Source of the DNA: Tubulanus polymorphus
Taxonomy: Eukaryota > Animalia > Nemertea
DNA: 64,000 bases
Assembly (NCBI RefSeq): GCF_964204645.1
Contig: NC_134027.1
Location: forward strand, 1,582,485-1,646,484
Direction: 5' to 3'
The notes beneath the pieces are model-generated. The model saw only the letters and a list, made by a program, of their open reading frames with translations. It did no database searches and was not told the DNA's origin. The translations under genes were made by a program, and so were the position numbers. Positions 52,001-64,000 of this stretch are shown piece by piece. How positions within the stretch are numbered: the stretch's first letter is position 1; each line of letters opens with the position of its first letter.

Positions 52001-55000
52001 TTCAAATGTTTTCTTAATTGTAGAAGGCACTTACCGACATTATGGTCTGTATTCAAACCTAACGCCGTACCGCCACCGCCTGGACGAGCGCTTGGAGCGC
52101 CATCTATCGCGTAAACGTTGAAGAAATATTCCGCTTTAGTTTCACGGTCAAACGTAGTTTTGGTCGTTATGATACCGGTGCTACTATTGATCTGGAAATA
52201 TTGATCGTCCCCTGAACCTTGCTTCATTTCATATCTGACCTAAATAAACGAATAAGCAGAAAAATTATACTTCAGTCACAGGAAATACTCTCACATTAAA
52301 CCATGGAAAAATTGTTCAAAGTATTTTACCCGTTTATAGGCAGGGATCGTATCATGATCGACAGCTGTTACTTGTATAACAGATGCTGCCGGGGATAGAT
52401 TTTCCGCAACGCTCCCTTCGTACATCAACGTTTCACCGATACCGACGAAAAGAGGAACGATATCGTTGATATCGGTTACGTAAATAGTCAAACTCATCGG
52501 ATCACTTTGTAAACCTTCGCTATTCTGAAAATACAATAAATAAAATCAGTTAGTCTTCGATAGACAGTTCAAATAGTTCAATATCCATAACAGAACAAAC
52601 AGTTTCATTTCTAACTTCTATTTCATGATGAATTTAACATTTTCGGGGAAACATAAGTTATCCTTAGTCAAAAAAATCTAAAATTATCCCAAACAAATTG
52701 ATGATTAAATCCAATGTGCAATAGTTGTATATATACAGTTTAGACTAGTCTTGATATCTATATGTAAACCTGGAAACATTAGATGAAATATCAATATACT
52801 TCATGATAAAGAAATGTAACTTATTGTTCATTCATTAGTGGGTATTCAAAATCAGTTTAATTACACTTGCATCCATACAGTTGTCAGTATTATTAATTCA
52901 AATAATATGTAAACTTACCGAGGCGTGTACTTTTAGAGTATACTGTTTCATCTCCTCATAGTTCAACGCTTTATAAACAAGAATATCCATACCGCCATTT
53001 TTATTCAGTGACTTTAGAAACGGAGCTTGATCTTTATAATCAGACGGTCTTTTATTATTTATACGCGCCAGTTCGTAGTTAATCTTATCGTTTCCGATGG
53101 CATTAACTAGTTGAGCTACAACGGTAGCGGCAAGCGTGTTCGGAGGTTCTGACTCCTTCAATCTAAAATCAGTGCGATTGCTGTAATCCATCAGCCATCG
53201 CGGAGGCAACGCTCCCGATTTCGAAATCTCGATTGTAACTGTAGCGTTTTGCCACGGTATCAGAGCGTTTGTAAGTATATCTCTGGGAGGTTGCGATCCG
53301 GTGTCTCTCGCTTGAACAACTAGATGAGCAGTTCCTTCCTAAAAACGCAATTATAGATATCTTTAGGTGGCCAGAAAAAACAAAATAATTTGAAATAATT
53401 TACATGAGAATCTGCCCAGAATCTCTAGATATCGTTTAGGTTGATAAATGCAACGAGCATTGTTACGATCCCACGGTTACGATTAAGTATTTCATGGATG
53501 AATTTTCTCAAATAGAAACAGGGCGTCATATGTACCATCATACTACAGGGACATCAACGTTTAGGCGGTGACCGATTGATAAAGGTGTTTTCAAAGAAAA
53601 ATCGCTTCTTAAGAAAGTAGCCTTTTGCAAATACTTCCTGGATTAGAGGAAAATTTATCGAATTCCCAAGTATCGCCAAACTGCAAAATTGTCATTTTGA
53701 AATTGCCCAATTCTCCGGTACTGTGGGGACCATGCACCAGCTTTGCTTTGAATTCATCTTTCTTGCTTTTTCTTTTTAACAATTTTTATTTGCAATTTTG
53801 AATTCATAACAATAAAGCACGTGATTTAATGAACTATATTTACCATCGGTAGAGGTCTGGTAGCCGAGATCGATCCATCTTCTTTACTGATTTTAAACAG
53901 ATTCATACTATCCTCCATCAGATAATAGTTAACTACGGCATTGCTAGCGGCGTCGAGGTCGTCGGCGACGACTCGTAAAATCGACGAACCCGGTCCGACG
54001 GTCGATCGAATCTTCTTCACGTAACTCGCCGAATCGAACGCCGGAGCGTGATTATTCACGTCGCCGATATTCACGACGAACGAACAATAACCTTCGAGTC
54101 GAGGAACTCCGTGATCGAACGCTCGAACCGTTACCTGAATTCGATCGGTCGTTAGATAATCGAACACTTTTTTCGTCGTAATTTGCCCGCTAGTCACGTT
54201 AATGACGAAATCTTTGTTGACTTGTCTCGCCGTTTCACCCATCAGCTGGTACTCGATACGACCGTTGTCTCCGCTGTCGCCATCTTTAGCTTGAACCTGA
54301 AATTAGTGAACAATACGTTAATAATCTTCCAAATTCTGAAATTCTGAAAAATTAATTTTTCAAAAGTAAATGAAAATATATAACGTTTCGGCTCTCTGTT
54401 TAGAGTTCATCATCAGGAGAGAGAGATTGGAAGACTAGTTTAGGACAAGTGTTCAAATTTTCAATGAAAAAATTAACGAAAGTGGGAGATATAAAGAGTT
54501 TTCTCATTATCCGTACTCACTTCAGTGACAATATATAGTTCGCCTTTTAGCCACACCTGATGATGGCCTCAGAAAGCGGGAGATTCAGCTGTTCTACTCT
54601 ACCTTTATAACTGGAGATCCTCGAGCTTTGCCTTCATTAATAGTCGGATTATACAACAAACAATCCGGGAAAATGGGACGATTATTATTTTTATCGATGA
54701 CTTCGATGATGAGTTTAACTCGGCTTTCAAGCGATTGAGTCTGTTGACAACCGGGACATCTTCCATTATCCTCGGCTATCACGTCCATCTCATATTTCGG
54801 TACATTCGAAGGTAATGATCGAGTTAACTCAATGACACCAGTCACAGGGTCTAATTTGAACGGACCACTTTGATATACCTTTTGTCCACCTGAAAAAATA
54901 TAAATTAAATTGACCAGTGAAAATAGCTGAACATGTGTGAACGCACAGCAGTGATTTGGTCCATTCTAAATTTGTCTGTTTGCAGGTACGGGCCAAAATA

Positions 55001-58000
55001 GAACGGACTAACTAGCGATAGTGTGAACGCCACTTTAAAAACTACTTTTGAAACGGAACTGACCTGAGCCTGAGAACGAATAACTGATATCGCTTCCATC
55101 ATAATCAACCGCTTGTATGATTTCAACGACTGTATTTGCTCCGGCGTCTTCGTTCACTTTAGACAAAATAATCGACTGATCGGGAATAAATACCGGTTTT
55201 TCATCGTTAACGTTTGTAAGAATGATGCGTACGTTAGTGGTGGCTGTATTCGGACTCGGGCCTTTGTCCTTGGCGTATAATTGTATTTTGTACATATGGC
55301 CGGGTGTACGGTCATAATCCAATTTCCTAGAAATGATAATGAAAAACAATGAAAACAATCGCTTTTTACGAGGCCTTTTACTACTTGGAGGATGGATCCG
55401 CACTCCTTCAAAGATTTTACGCGGAAAATACGTGAATCATAAGAAAATTCTGTTTTAAACACCTGGGGCCGGTTCCGTAGTCATGGCTTAGACTTAAGAC
55501 CAGTCTAAAACTATCTTAGTTCTATAGCCAATCTAACAACTTAAGACCAGTCTCAAGATTAAGACCACTTTTGGACTTAAGTCACGACTATGCAACTGGC
55601 CCCAGGGGCCGGTTCCATTGTCAGGGCTTAGACTTAAGACCAGTCTAAGACCAACTTAGTTCTATAGCCAATCTAACAACTTAAGATCAGTCTTAAGATT
55701 TAAGACAACTTTCGGACTTAAGTCTCGGCTATGGAACCGGCACCTGGGGCCAGTTGCACAGTCGTGACTTAAGTCCAAAAGTGGTCTTAAATCTTAAGAC
55801 TGATCTTAAGTTGTTAGATTAGCTATAGAACTAAGTTGGTCTTAGACTGGTCTTAAGTCTAAGCCATGACTATGCAACTGGCCCCTGGGGTCGGTTCCTC
55901 AGTTGAGACTTAAGTACAAAAGTGGTCTTAGATTTTAAGACTGGTCTTAAGTTGTTAGATTGGTTATAGAACTAAGATGGTCTTAAATTGGTCTTTAGTC
56001 TAAGCCCTGACTATGGAACTGGGCCCCTGTTATCAGATTTTTTCTTGAAAACTCCATGAAAACTTCACGTAACTGAAAAAGGCCAAAGTCTCTAATCGTA
56101 TTTCTACTTACCCATTGACGACGATCTCGGCTGCATTATTCACGTTATTCACACGGAACAGTGAATTGTCGACCCAATATTCTAACTGACTGTTCACACC
56201 AGAATCTAAATCCGTCGCAGCGACTAATAATAAACACATAACACGAGAACATTATTAGAAGAAACTTTATAAACAGTAGTAAAAAAACCGCCCTCATATA
56301 ACAGATATCTTGATGTTTCTTCTATTGCTATCAGCCATTTACAAAACTGATTTATTATCAAAAGTTGTAGCAATCGCATAACAGTCAAACTAAGTCGTCA
56401 TCCGATTAGTCGTCATATTACGAAAGTCATCTCTATTTTTGCATCATCATTTGTACATGTATTTCAAATTCAATATACTAAGTGTAAGTCATCATTTGTC
56501 TAAATGCCCGTAATGATCGTCCCTGCTATGAGGATTTAACTGAGTCCGACTGTACCAATGTTTGCAACAAATGGCTTCTATAGACGTTTTTGATTGAGGG
56601 TTTTCCTCTTGAAGATAATGAAGGATGTTAGAATTATGCATATTTTCAATCTATAACTTACTTGTGGCAACTGAGGTTCCGATAAAAGCATTTTCAGCAA
56701 TATTTTGAGCTACGTATTCAGATAGTGAAAACTTCGGTATGTTATCATTCTGATCGATCAAGTTTATCGTTAACTGAAATAGTAATTGATTAAATATGAA
56801 AATAGATTAAAATACACGGGTTAGAATAATCAATGATCGAGATATTGAATACTTACCGTCACCCGACTGGAAAGTAAAGAGCCTCCCTCTTCTATCGCTG
56901 TCACTAGAAATTTATAGATTTTGTTGTCGGTTTCATAATTCAGTGATTTCAGACTAGTAACGAGTCCGGTTTTTCGGTCTATAGCGAATATATCTGATTT
57001 CTGCCCATCTCCTATTATTTCCAACATCGAATACGTTAGAACCTTATTCTGGAATGAATGCGCCTTGATCTCTACAATACTACAAACAGAAAATATACAT
57101 CACCACTTTCATTAGTTCAATATTCTAAATGTTAATAGAGTGGTTCAAGGCAAGCGGTCTAGGGCGAGCGGTTGAGGACGAGCGGTTGAGGGTGAGTGGT
57201 TGAGGGCGAGCGGTTGAGGGTGAGTGGTTGAGGGCGAGCAGTTGAACGATGTATGGACGTCACTATAATTACATTCATCATGGATGCAGTACACTTAAAA
57301 AACTGTAATCATTAATTATCGTTATAAATTGTTGGTTTTTACCTGTAACCATTAGGAGCGTTTTCCGGTACATCGGCGACATATGACGCATCGAAGAACT
57401 GCGGTTCTTTCTGTCCGACTTTTACGCTTAATCGAACGGTCGTAGATTGAATCGCTCCACCAGGGGGCGGTGTATAACTCACATCGGTAGCGGTGACTCC
57501 GAAGATAAATATACTGCCTTTGAATTCACCGTGGAAACCTTGATTCCCGACGACTCGAATCGTGCCATAAACCGGATCAACTGCAAATCGATTTTTTGTG
57601 CCTGAAAACAGAAACCATAAAAATGAATGAGGATAAAACATATCAATCTACACGATATCTATTCTAACTCAAGTAGTTCAAAAAATAGATTATCAATTAT
57701 CATCAACCTCCTTGTTCTTTGTCCTTCTACAATATTCTTTGTTTTACTGTTTTTTTCTCCTAAGGTACTTGTAGCAGCCGCAATTTGGCTTTTGCTTGAC
57801 ATTCATAAGAAAGTCTCATCTAGTATTCTTATGCTAGTATTATTGATACAGTTTGTAAATACTTTTCATCACCTTCGATCACATGTTCATCATGTATCTA
57901 AAATCTTTATAACATGCTTTCTTTTGAGGAACCAAAATATATATTTTCAGGTTTTCATTAGGTGTCGGGGTGGACCTACGGAGTGGACCTATGGAGCAGG

Positions 58001-58076
58001 TGCATATCACACGTGAAGTATTTGCATGCATTATGTGAATAATGGATGGGTTTTTACAATAACCAGCACTTCCTCA

Positions 58077-58112
<36 letters not shown>

Positions 58113-61100
58113 ACTGCTCTGAAATTGTTAAATGTCAAATAGCCGATTCTTGTCACTAGTCACACACACACTTCCCCAATACAAAACTAACTTCATTACG
58201 GGTGAACATGAGAAAACGTTTCCACGGTAACCACACACAGTAGTATTACCGGTGTCTGTCGTGGTGAAAAATGCACTTGACCAGTAAATAGTTGATAACA
58301 GTTGATGGATAGAGAGAGAGTGGGTTTTGTGATGTTTGACAACGTACCCAGTTTTGCATACATTACAAACACCTGCACGACCATCGACAGTTCATTTCTG
58401 ATGTATCATCTCAAATCTTAACCAAGAACTGTGGAACCTGATTCTGATTTAGAGGCCGGTTCAGAATCAGGAGACAGTTCCGTAGACTGAAGTCCAATAG
58501 TGGTCTTAAATCTTCAGACTGGTCTTAAGTTGCTACCCTGGGTATAGAACTAAAATGAGCTTAGACTGGTCTTACCAGGTAGGAAGTAGGCTATAGAATT
58601 AGAATGGTCTTCATGACTATTGAAATGATTTTTAATGCAATATTCAGTTTATCTTCTGAAATTGTTCCCCTTCCATTCAATTCACTGTCTTTATGTTTAA
58701 GCAGACATGAATTACTTATAATGAATGATGATTAGTTACTGTGACGACTGCACCCCTCCCCCTCCCCCTCTCCTCCCTCCTGATGTACAAGGAGCTAGTA
58801 TAAATGATGTGTGGCTAGTGTTTTCCGTGACAACAGGAAATTGATACTGTCTCTGTCTAGCAGTGTCTCCCCCCACGAGTCGAGATTCTATGTCTCCCTA
58901 CCCCCCCCCCCCCAGTCGAGGTTCAGCAGACCGTATAAAATCAGTCGCTGTTTTCAAACTCCGCGATCAATTCTTGAAAAATTTACGAGCAGGAACGAAA
59001 AATGTGAAATAACAATGATAAGTTGCCATGGTTACTGGCGCGTAACGAGACACCGATATGGACCTGTTTAAGGTCCGGTTTTTTCTGGCTTGTAAGGAGC
59101 ATTGACGCATTATTGATACAAATCGTACGGTTGATCGCCGCCAACAAAGAAGATAAACTACGAATAGTTACAGATACTGACTGTGAACAAACATACAGTT
59201 CAACTATCACAACGCATCAACATTACCTCAGATATCTTACTTAGAAATGATGTCTTACTGGAGTAATCATTTTGTCAAATGATTACTCCAAGATTCAAAT
59301 AACCCCCGTAAATGTTAACAGTGTCTTCCCCCTCTCAGTAAACTTAGGTTAATCACAAATCCCTGTGCAAATTATCTGATTTTCTCAGTTCATTCCACTG
59401 GAATCTAGCGGTAATTTGCCCTCGATCCATGGTTTCCCTTCATTTCACTCATTTCTCATTAATTATACCCCTTTTTTCTATTGGATTTTCAACTTATAGT
59501 CACCATATCGTGAATTCAGCCATAGTTTGTATCAGATCTTAATTACACAATTAGTCTTTTTATTCTGGCTCATATTTTTATCGTGACTATTAGGATATAG
59601 TGGAATAAAATATTTATTAGCTCAAGGAAACATTTCAGACTGGTTTTATTGTTCGTAATGTCGGATCACTTCAAACAGTAGATCTCATCTCTCCGTATAG
59701 GCTAGTCAGTATTTATCAGTTCTCTCTTAAAGATTGAGATTAAACGCAAACTACTGAAGCGCCGATTCATCACTATTAAAATTGCCGTTCTTTAGTAGCG
59801 AAGTTTGAAAGATATTAAGACTTTTGGCTTCGGTTTGAATTAAAACATTCTTCTCAACACAAAAAGTGTTAGATGCCTTTCATCATTATCTCCTTCGAAT
59901 TCTTTCATATATCGAGATAAACTCGACATAAAACATAAAACGTTAGTAGCGCGCTGAAAATCTTCACATCTTTAACGACGAAACAAAAGAATTTCTCATT
60001 GAATATCGTCATCGCTCAGAGCTATCAGTGCGTACAAAAAAGTAACATCAAACACTTTTTGAATGTAACAGTATTGGGAGCAATGTTTATCGGGGTGAAG
60101 TTTGATAAGTTGTTCATGCAATCGAGCAGTTTATCCTCATTCATCCATAGATGCAAACAATTTCGAACGATGCATTTTTACTGCGGAGATTAATGAAAGC
60201 GGCAAAATTTCGAAAATTAATGACAGAACCGATCACCACAAAATGAATCGATGATATAAAATAGCGCACTAAAAATGAAGTATGTTTTCCTCGAGCTATT
60301 TCAACGTTTCGAATTCATCCAGATATAGAGATCTTCAGGAAAACTATTTTAATTCTTATTGCAGGATTTTATATAATCATTAAAACATGGGCAAGAATGT
60401 TTTATCCAAGAGACGAATCTGATTTTTTAACAGAAAAGAATTTCAGGCCAAGATTACTCTTATCACGAGTGCTTCGGGGAGCGTGCAGAATTCGCAGAAC
60501 ATCTAGGCTTAGTTGGCCGTATCTGAATGAGATGAAATCCCTCCGCCAAAATCATCCGCGTATATAATATACATCAATACAATCACACATGACTGCAGAT
60601 GACTGCAGTTGATCGTATTAAGATAGAAAGGGAAGAACGAAAGAAAGACAGATAATGGAAAAACAACATAATGCACTGATGACGAGATCTACCTGTATTC
60701 CTTACACCTGTCAATATAAAAACAATATCTCATATTACTTATAATACTGAAATAACATGACTTATATCCCCTCCCCCCCCCCTGGTCATTATTCAGTGAT
60801 GATTGAGTTTTTCTGTAAGAGTCAGCTGTAACTGATGAACAGTGAATTCAACTGATTTAGTTGTTAATGCTGATGATGTGATATCTGTAAACAGTAACGC
60901 CTTCTATTACCACATCACATTCACCTGTTACACTGTTTACTGAGGATAGGATAACATTCACAGCTGATCAATCAACTCAATAATCTACATCTTATTTATC
61001 GGACCCGACAGCATATTCCCTCCCTATTCCCTCCCGGTCCACTGAGAATGGTTCTACATTTTAAGTAACTAAAAAGACCAATCCGACCACGTCTGTTCTA

Positions 61101-61912
61101 AATTTTAGAAGGGGCCATTTCTCTGTGGGTGAATTCACAGTGTTGCTTCTAGCTGGACTAGTGATAGCAGCATTGTTATGGTCAGTTCCCGGTATGGGAA
61201 GGAACGGACTATTTTAACCAGCGATAGTGTGAACCGTGGCTGAACGGACTAACCAGCGATAGTGTGAACCGTGGCTGAACGGACTGCCCAGCGATAGTGT
61301 GAACCGTGGCTGAACGGACTAACCAGCGATAGTGTTAACCATGGCTGCACGGACTGCCCAGCGATAGTGTGAACGGTGGCTGCACGGACTGCCCAGCGAT
61401 AGTGTGAACCGTGGCTGAACGGACTAACCAGCGATAGTGTTAACCGTGGCTGATATTGAATGTTGTATGTGTCCTATATTTGATGAATGTGTTTTATCTG
61501 AAAGTCTTTCATTCAATTACTGCTGCAGCGACGTAACTAAGATTTATAGTTATTTCTCTAATACGATATATTAAACATTCAGCTATCATTCATCTTACAA
61601 ACAATCTCGTATTCAACTACCGTGCTCCAGTTCGGTATGGCTACTAGTGTAAGCAGGGGCTGGATATAGAGGGGCCAAGGCAACCCGGGTGACCCTATAT
61701 TAAAGACAACATTTCAAAACGTGCATAAACAGCAGCAAATTATTGCTGGTCATTTTGCATCACTTTAGAAATATATATTGGTCAAATATATTAGAAGTCT
61801 CAATATATTTGTTTTATTGATTTTTGATATATTTCCGGTATAATTTATCACATGCAATCGTGAAAAAACCTGGAAAATGTGAAATGTGAAAACAGTGGCC
61901 ACTCTCAGTGCA

Positions 61913-61972
<60 letters not shown>

Positions 61973-63109
61973 ATTGTTCAAGCTGCAGGTTTAGATTCAG
62001 TGATAGTAAACGATATAAGATCTAATCACGTGAGTTCAATCAAATCAATCAATCAATTCTATTTTTATACTCACTACAACCGACACATGGTCCGACTAAA
62101 CGCGTTTAAATACAACATCAAAAAATGTACCGCAATCAGACATTGTAAAATTCAGAAAATGATGAGATTCAGGTTTTAAAAAACTCGATGTTGTAAGAAT
62201 CTCGATAGATTGCACAGATCCATCCAAAATCAGTTTTAACCCTTTCCAGCCATATACAATCCCTCGGAATGTATTGAATTTTCAAGTAAATTCATCAGAT
62301 CTGCAGCCCTTTCAATACTAACTAAAATTGAAGATAGGTAGAATTTTCGTTGAAACAGAATACCTAAAAAAGGCCCCGGTTATATTGGAAAAAAAAACTA
62401 GCTCAAGCCAAGAAAGGGTTAAAACATTTGAAAACTGTATTGATTTATCTACGATGGAATGTCGTATGATTGACTTCATTTCACTAATATCAGCGGCAAT
62501 TTATTCACTGATTATCGAATTGTGAAGAAAAACAATTGGTTTTTTCTACATAAGACTGATAACTGGCTGTATCTGCCTGAGCCTCGAGTTGTATCTGCCT
62601 GAGCCTTGAGTTGTATCTGCCTGAGCCTCGAGTTGTATCTGCCTGAGCCTCGAGCGCTATCAAAGCAAATCTCATTTTCAATTCAATGTGTTCTTTTCAC
62701 ATAATCATCATGCGTTATCATGATAATCTAGAACCATCGGTTTTCCGAATTCCAGTTAGGCATTTTTTTCTTTTAATTACTTGGAGTATGATTTTCCGAG
62801 AAAAAATGTGTGAGCGAATGGAAAAACTGTTTTCTATTACAGGCATTTAGAAATGGAATAGAGCATAAGAAAAGGCCCATAATTTCCTGAAATTAAAAGA
62901 AATGGGTAAAAATACGAGAAACAAACCTGCTTCGAGTTGATATCGTATTGATGACCCGACATCAGGGTCCTCGGCCATCAGGGTATAAATAATAGTTCCA
63001 TCCTGAGCATTCTCATCAACCGTCGCCCACATATCTGATGGTTTATTAGTGAATACAGGATTCTCATCGTTTACATCTTGAACTCTCACTTCAACCGGCT
63101 GAATTTCAA
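37018..63109 (-). CDS. CadN: Neural (type III, DN-cadherin-like) classical cadherin; >30 exons, 5' end beyond the window
   Basis: Many cadherin repeats ([26 protein letters not shown]), non-chordate cadherin domain, EGF and two laminin-G domains, [16 protein letters not shown], p120 site [10 protein letters not shown], beta-catenin site [14 protein letters not shown]...[20 protein letters not shown], stop at 37018. First exon seen is 62927-63109, last is 37018-37271. Confidence 0.95.
40500..40706. repeat. Inverted repeat (~80-100-bp arms) of a Penelope-like element with a degenerate hammerhead core
   Basis: ATAAGATAAAATCCCACTATTTACAGATTAAAAGAATTTAAAAACCAGAATTT and its reverse complement; the centre on - reads GTGACGA-T-GATCTC..GAGATC-GAAA-CG-TC-GTG. 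Confidence 0.85.
42639..42830. mobile_element. MITE with perfect 12-bp TIR AGGGCTGCCAAC
   Basis: AGGGCTGCCAAC...GTTGGCAGCCCT; interior similar to the repeats at 1-215 and 3575-3780. Confidence 0.75.
45253..45264 (-). CDS. Candidate 12-nt cadherin microexon (adds WDIG)
   Basis: ttttctctatgctatcattatag|GTTGGGATATCG|gtaaga; phase-1 symmetric and frame-preserving inside intron 43862-46061. Confidence 0.6.
47834..48097. mobile_element. Two adjacent Harbinger-like MITEs
   Basis: GGGCCAGTTGCATAGTC...GACTATGCAACTGGCCC immediately followed by GGGCCCAGTTTCAC...GTGAAACTGGGCGC. Confidence 0.8.
50100..50387. mobile_element. piggyBac-like MITE
   Basis: TTAA-CCCTTTCAGTGC...GCACTGAAAGGG-TTAA; degenerate copies at ~41910-42160 and ~48295-48373. 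Confidence 0.85.
50674..50879. mobile_element. Foldback/palindromic MITE-like element
   Basis: ATTGAAGGATATCCAAAAA...TTTTTGGATATCCTTCAAT with inner arms CCATGATTTGAAAGTTTAAC/GTTAAACTTTCAAATCATGG. Confidence 0.75.
51898..51996. mobile_element. Short MITE with TIR GGATCTAGTTCCACAGTT (related copy at 43321-43406)
   Basis: AGTTCCACAGTT...AACTGTGGAACT. Confidence 0.7.
54437..54544. repeat. 108-bp near-identical copy of 5981-6088 (WD40 gene exon/intron junction)
   Basis: 106/108 identity by manual alignment. Confidence 0.9.
55466..56026. mobile_element. Array of four ~138-bp Harbinger-like MITEs (two forward, two reverse)
   Basis: GGGCC(A/G)GTT(G/C)C termini separated by CTG/CAG trinucleotides; same family as 47834-47960, with decayed copies at ~37343-37545 and ~58460-58620. 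Confidence 0.88.
57162..57246. repeat. 14-bp minisatellite x~6
   Basis: GGGCGAGCGGTTGA repeated. Confidence 0.85.
58077..58118. repeat. (CTG)n microsatellite
   Basis: Direct inspection. Confidence 0.9.
61203..61452. repeat. 35-bp tandem repeat x~6.5 derived from a dispersed element (copies at ~54940-55030 and ~63750-63830)
   Basis: AGCGATAGTGTGAACCGTGGCTGAACGGACTAACC unit; AACGGACTAAC..GCGATAGTGTGAAC also at 55000-55028. Confidence 0.85.
61913..61972. repeat. (GCT)~20 microsatellite
   Basis: Direct inspection. Confidence 0.95.
62240..62418. mobile_element. piggyBac-like MITE (second family)
   Basis: TTAA-CCCTTTC...GAAAGGG-TTAA. Confidence 0.6.
62568..62655. repeat. 22-bp tandem repeat x4
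   Basis: TGTATCTGCCTGAGCCTCGAGT repeated. Confidence 0.9.
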
Positions 63110-64000
63110 CTGAAAATATACAGAAATACAGAGAATTTCATTAGATTATAATCATTTAAACAAGATTTGACTAGAAAACTGTAACATTAGGAGGACATAA
63201 GGTTTCATTTTCTATTCTACAAAATATCATCTTCCATCAGCAGGGATTCAAACGCGATGACATCGCGAGACTCTTTGGCATGAAACCCTACCTGATTAAC
63301 CTGCGAATGCACAGGAACTCATATCATGATTAAAACATGGGGCCTGTGTTCAGGTATTCTGCGTAGATATTGTTTGGATGTTTCTGTTCTTATTAATAAA
63401 TAATGCTGATCGGTTTCATCCGATAATAGATGAAAGTTTTTCCTCCTGCGAGACAAATAATTGAAAATCATCCCCAGCTCAAATAACACACAATCTACGC
63501 CCTGGTTATCCTGCAACCATCCTCCCAGCTAATCCCCTCTTACAAAATATTCTGATTTCCACAGCAGTAATCTGTAACCACCTAATCCAGCTATTACTTA
63601 ACTAATGGATCATCTATTCTCTGTACGATTGGTTATACCTAGGCCAGAAATATCGAGAAGATTTTTGCAAGATATCACATCCGCATTAAAACTACTAAAT
63701 CTACTGCATTCCAATTTAGACTAAAAACAGCGTGTATGGACATACAGCATTGGTTTGGTCCATTCTAAATTGGTCCATTCCGGGTACGGGCGAAATAGGA
63801 ACGGACTAACAAGGGTAATGTGAAAGTAGCTAACATTGATTTTGGACGATTACAAACATCAGTATTTTCAAGACTGCTTCAAATCAGGGAATGATATTAT
63901 GAAGTTTATGCGATATAAGTGTCATGCGTAAAAGCGACATATTGAATCGTCTCTGAACAACTCGAGGCTACAAGAAACATCGTAACTTCAATATTCACTT

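Noticed and set aside
61886-62179. Poly-Ala ORF
   Set aside because: Artefact of a (GCT)n microsatellite.

Overview
AT-rich, intron-rich genomic DNA from an invertebrate animal, probably a spiralian/lophotrochozoan (inferred from gene content). Five spliced protein-coding genes: a WDR87/WDR97-like WD40 gene (-, 3' end outside the window), a membrane-anchored JmjC-type oxygenase (+), cytoplasmic alanyl-tRNA synthetase AARS1 (-, 21 coding exons, ~966 aa), mitochondrial phenylalanyl-tRNA synthetase FARS2 (+, head-to-head with AARS1) and a large N-cadherin-like classical cadherin (-, 5' end outside). AARS1 introns hold two identical U1 snRNA genes with duplicated promoters and two antisense paralogous genes for small, probably lipid-anchored, permuted papain-fold (H-box/NC, LRAT/PLAAT/PPPDE-like) enzymes. 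Other notable signals: a 12-nt in-frame candidate microexon in the cadherin, two intact minimal hammerhead ribozymes in Penelope-like repeats, a 108-bp copy of a WD40 exon/intron junction inside a cadherin intron, an ATF4 CARE plus CRE in AARS1 intron 1, and several MITE families. Exon coordinates were derived by hand from GT/AG sites and reading frame; family assignments come from motif recognition, not database searches.
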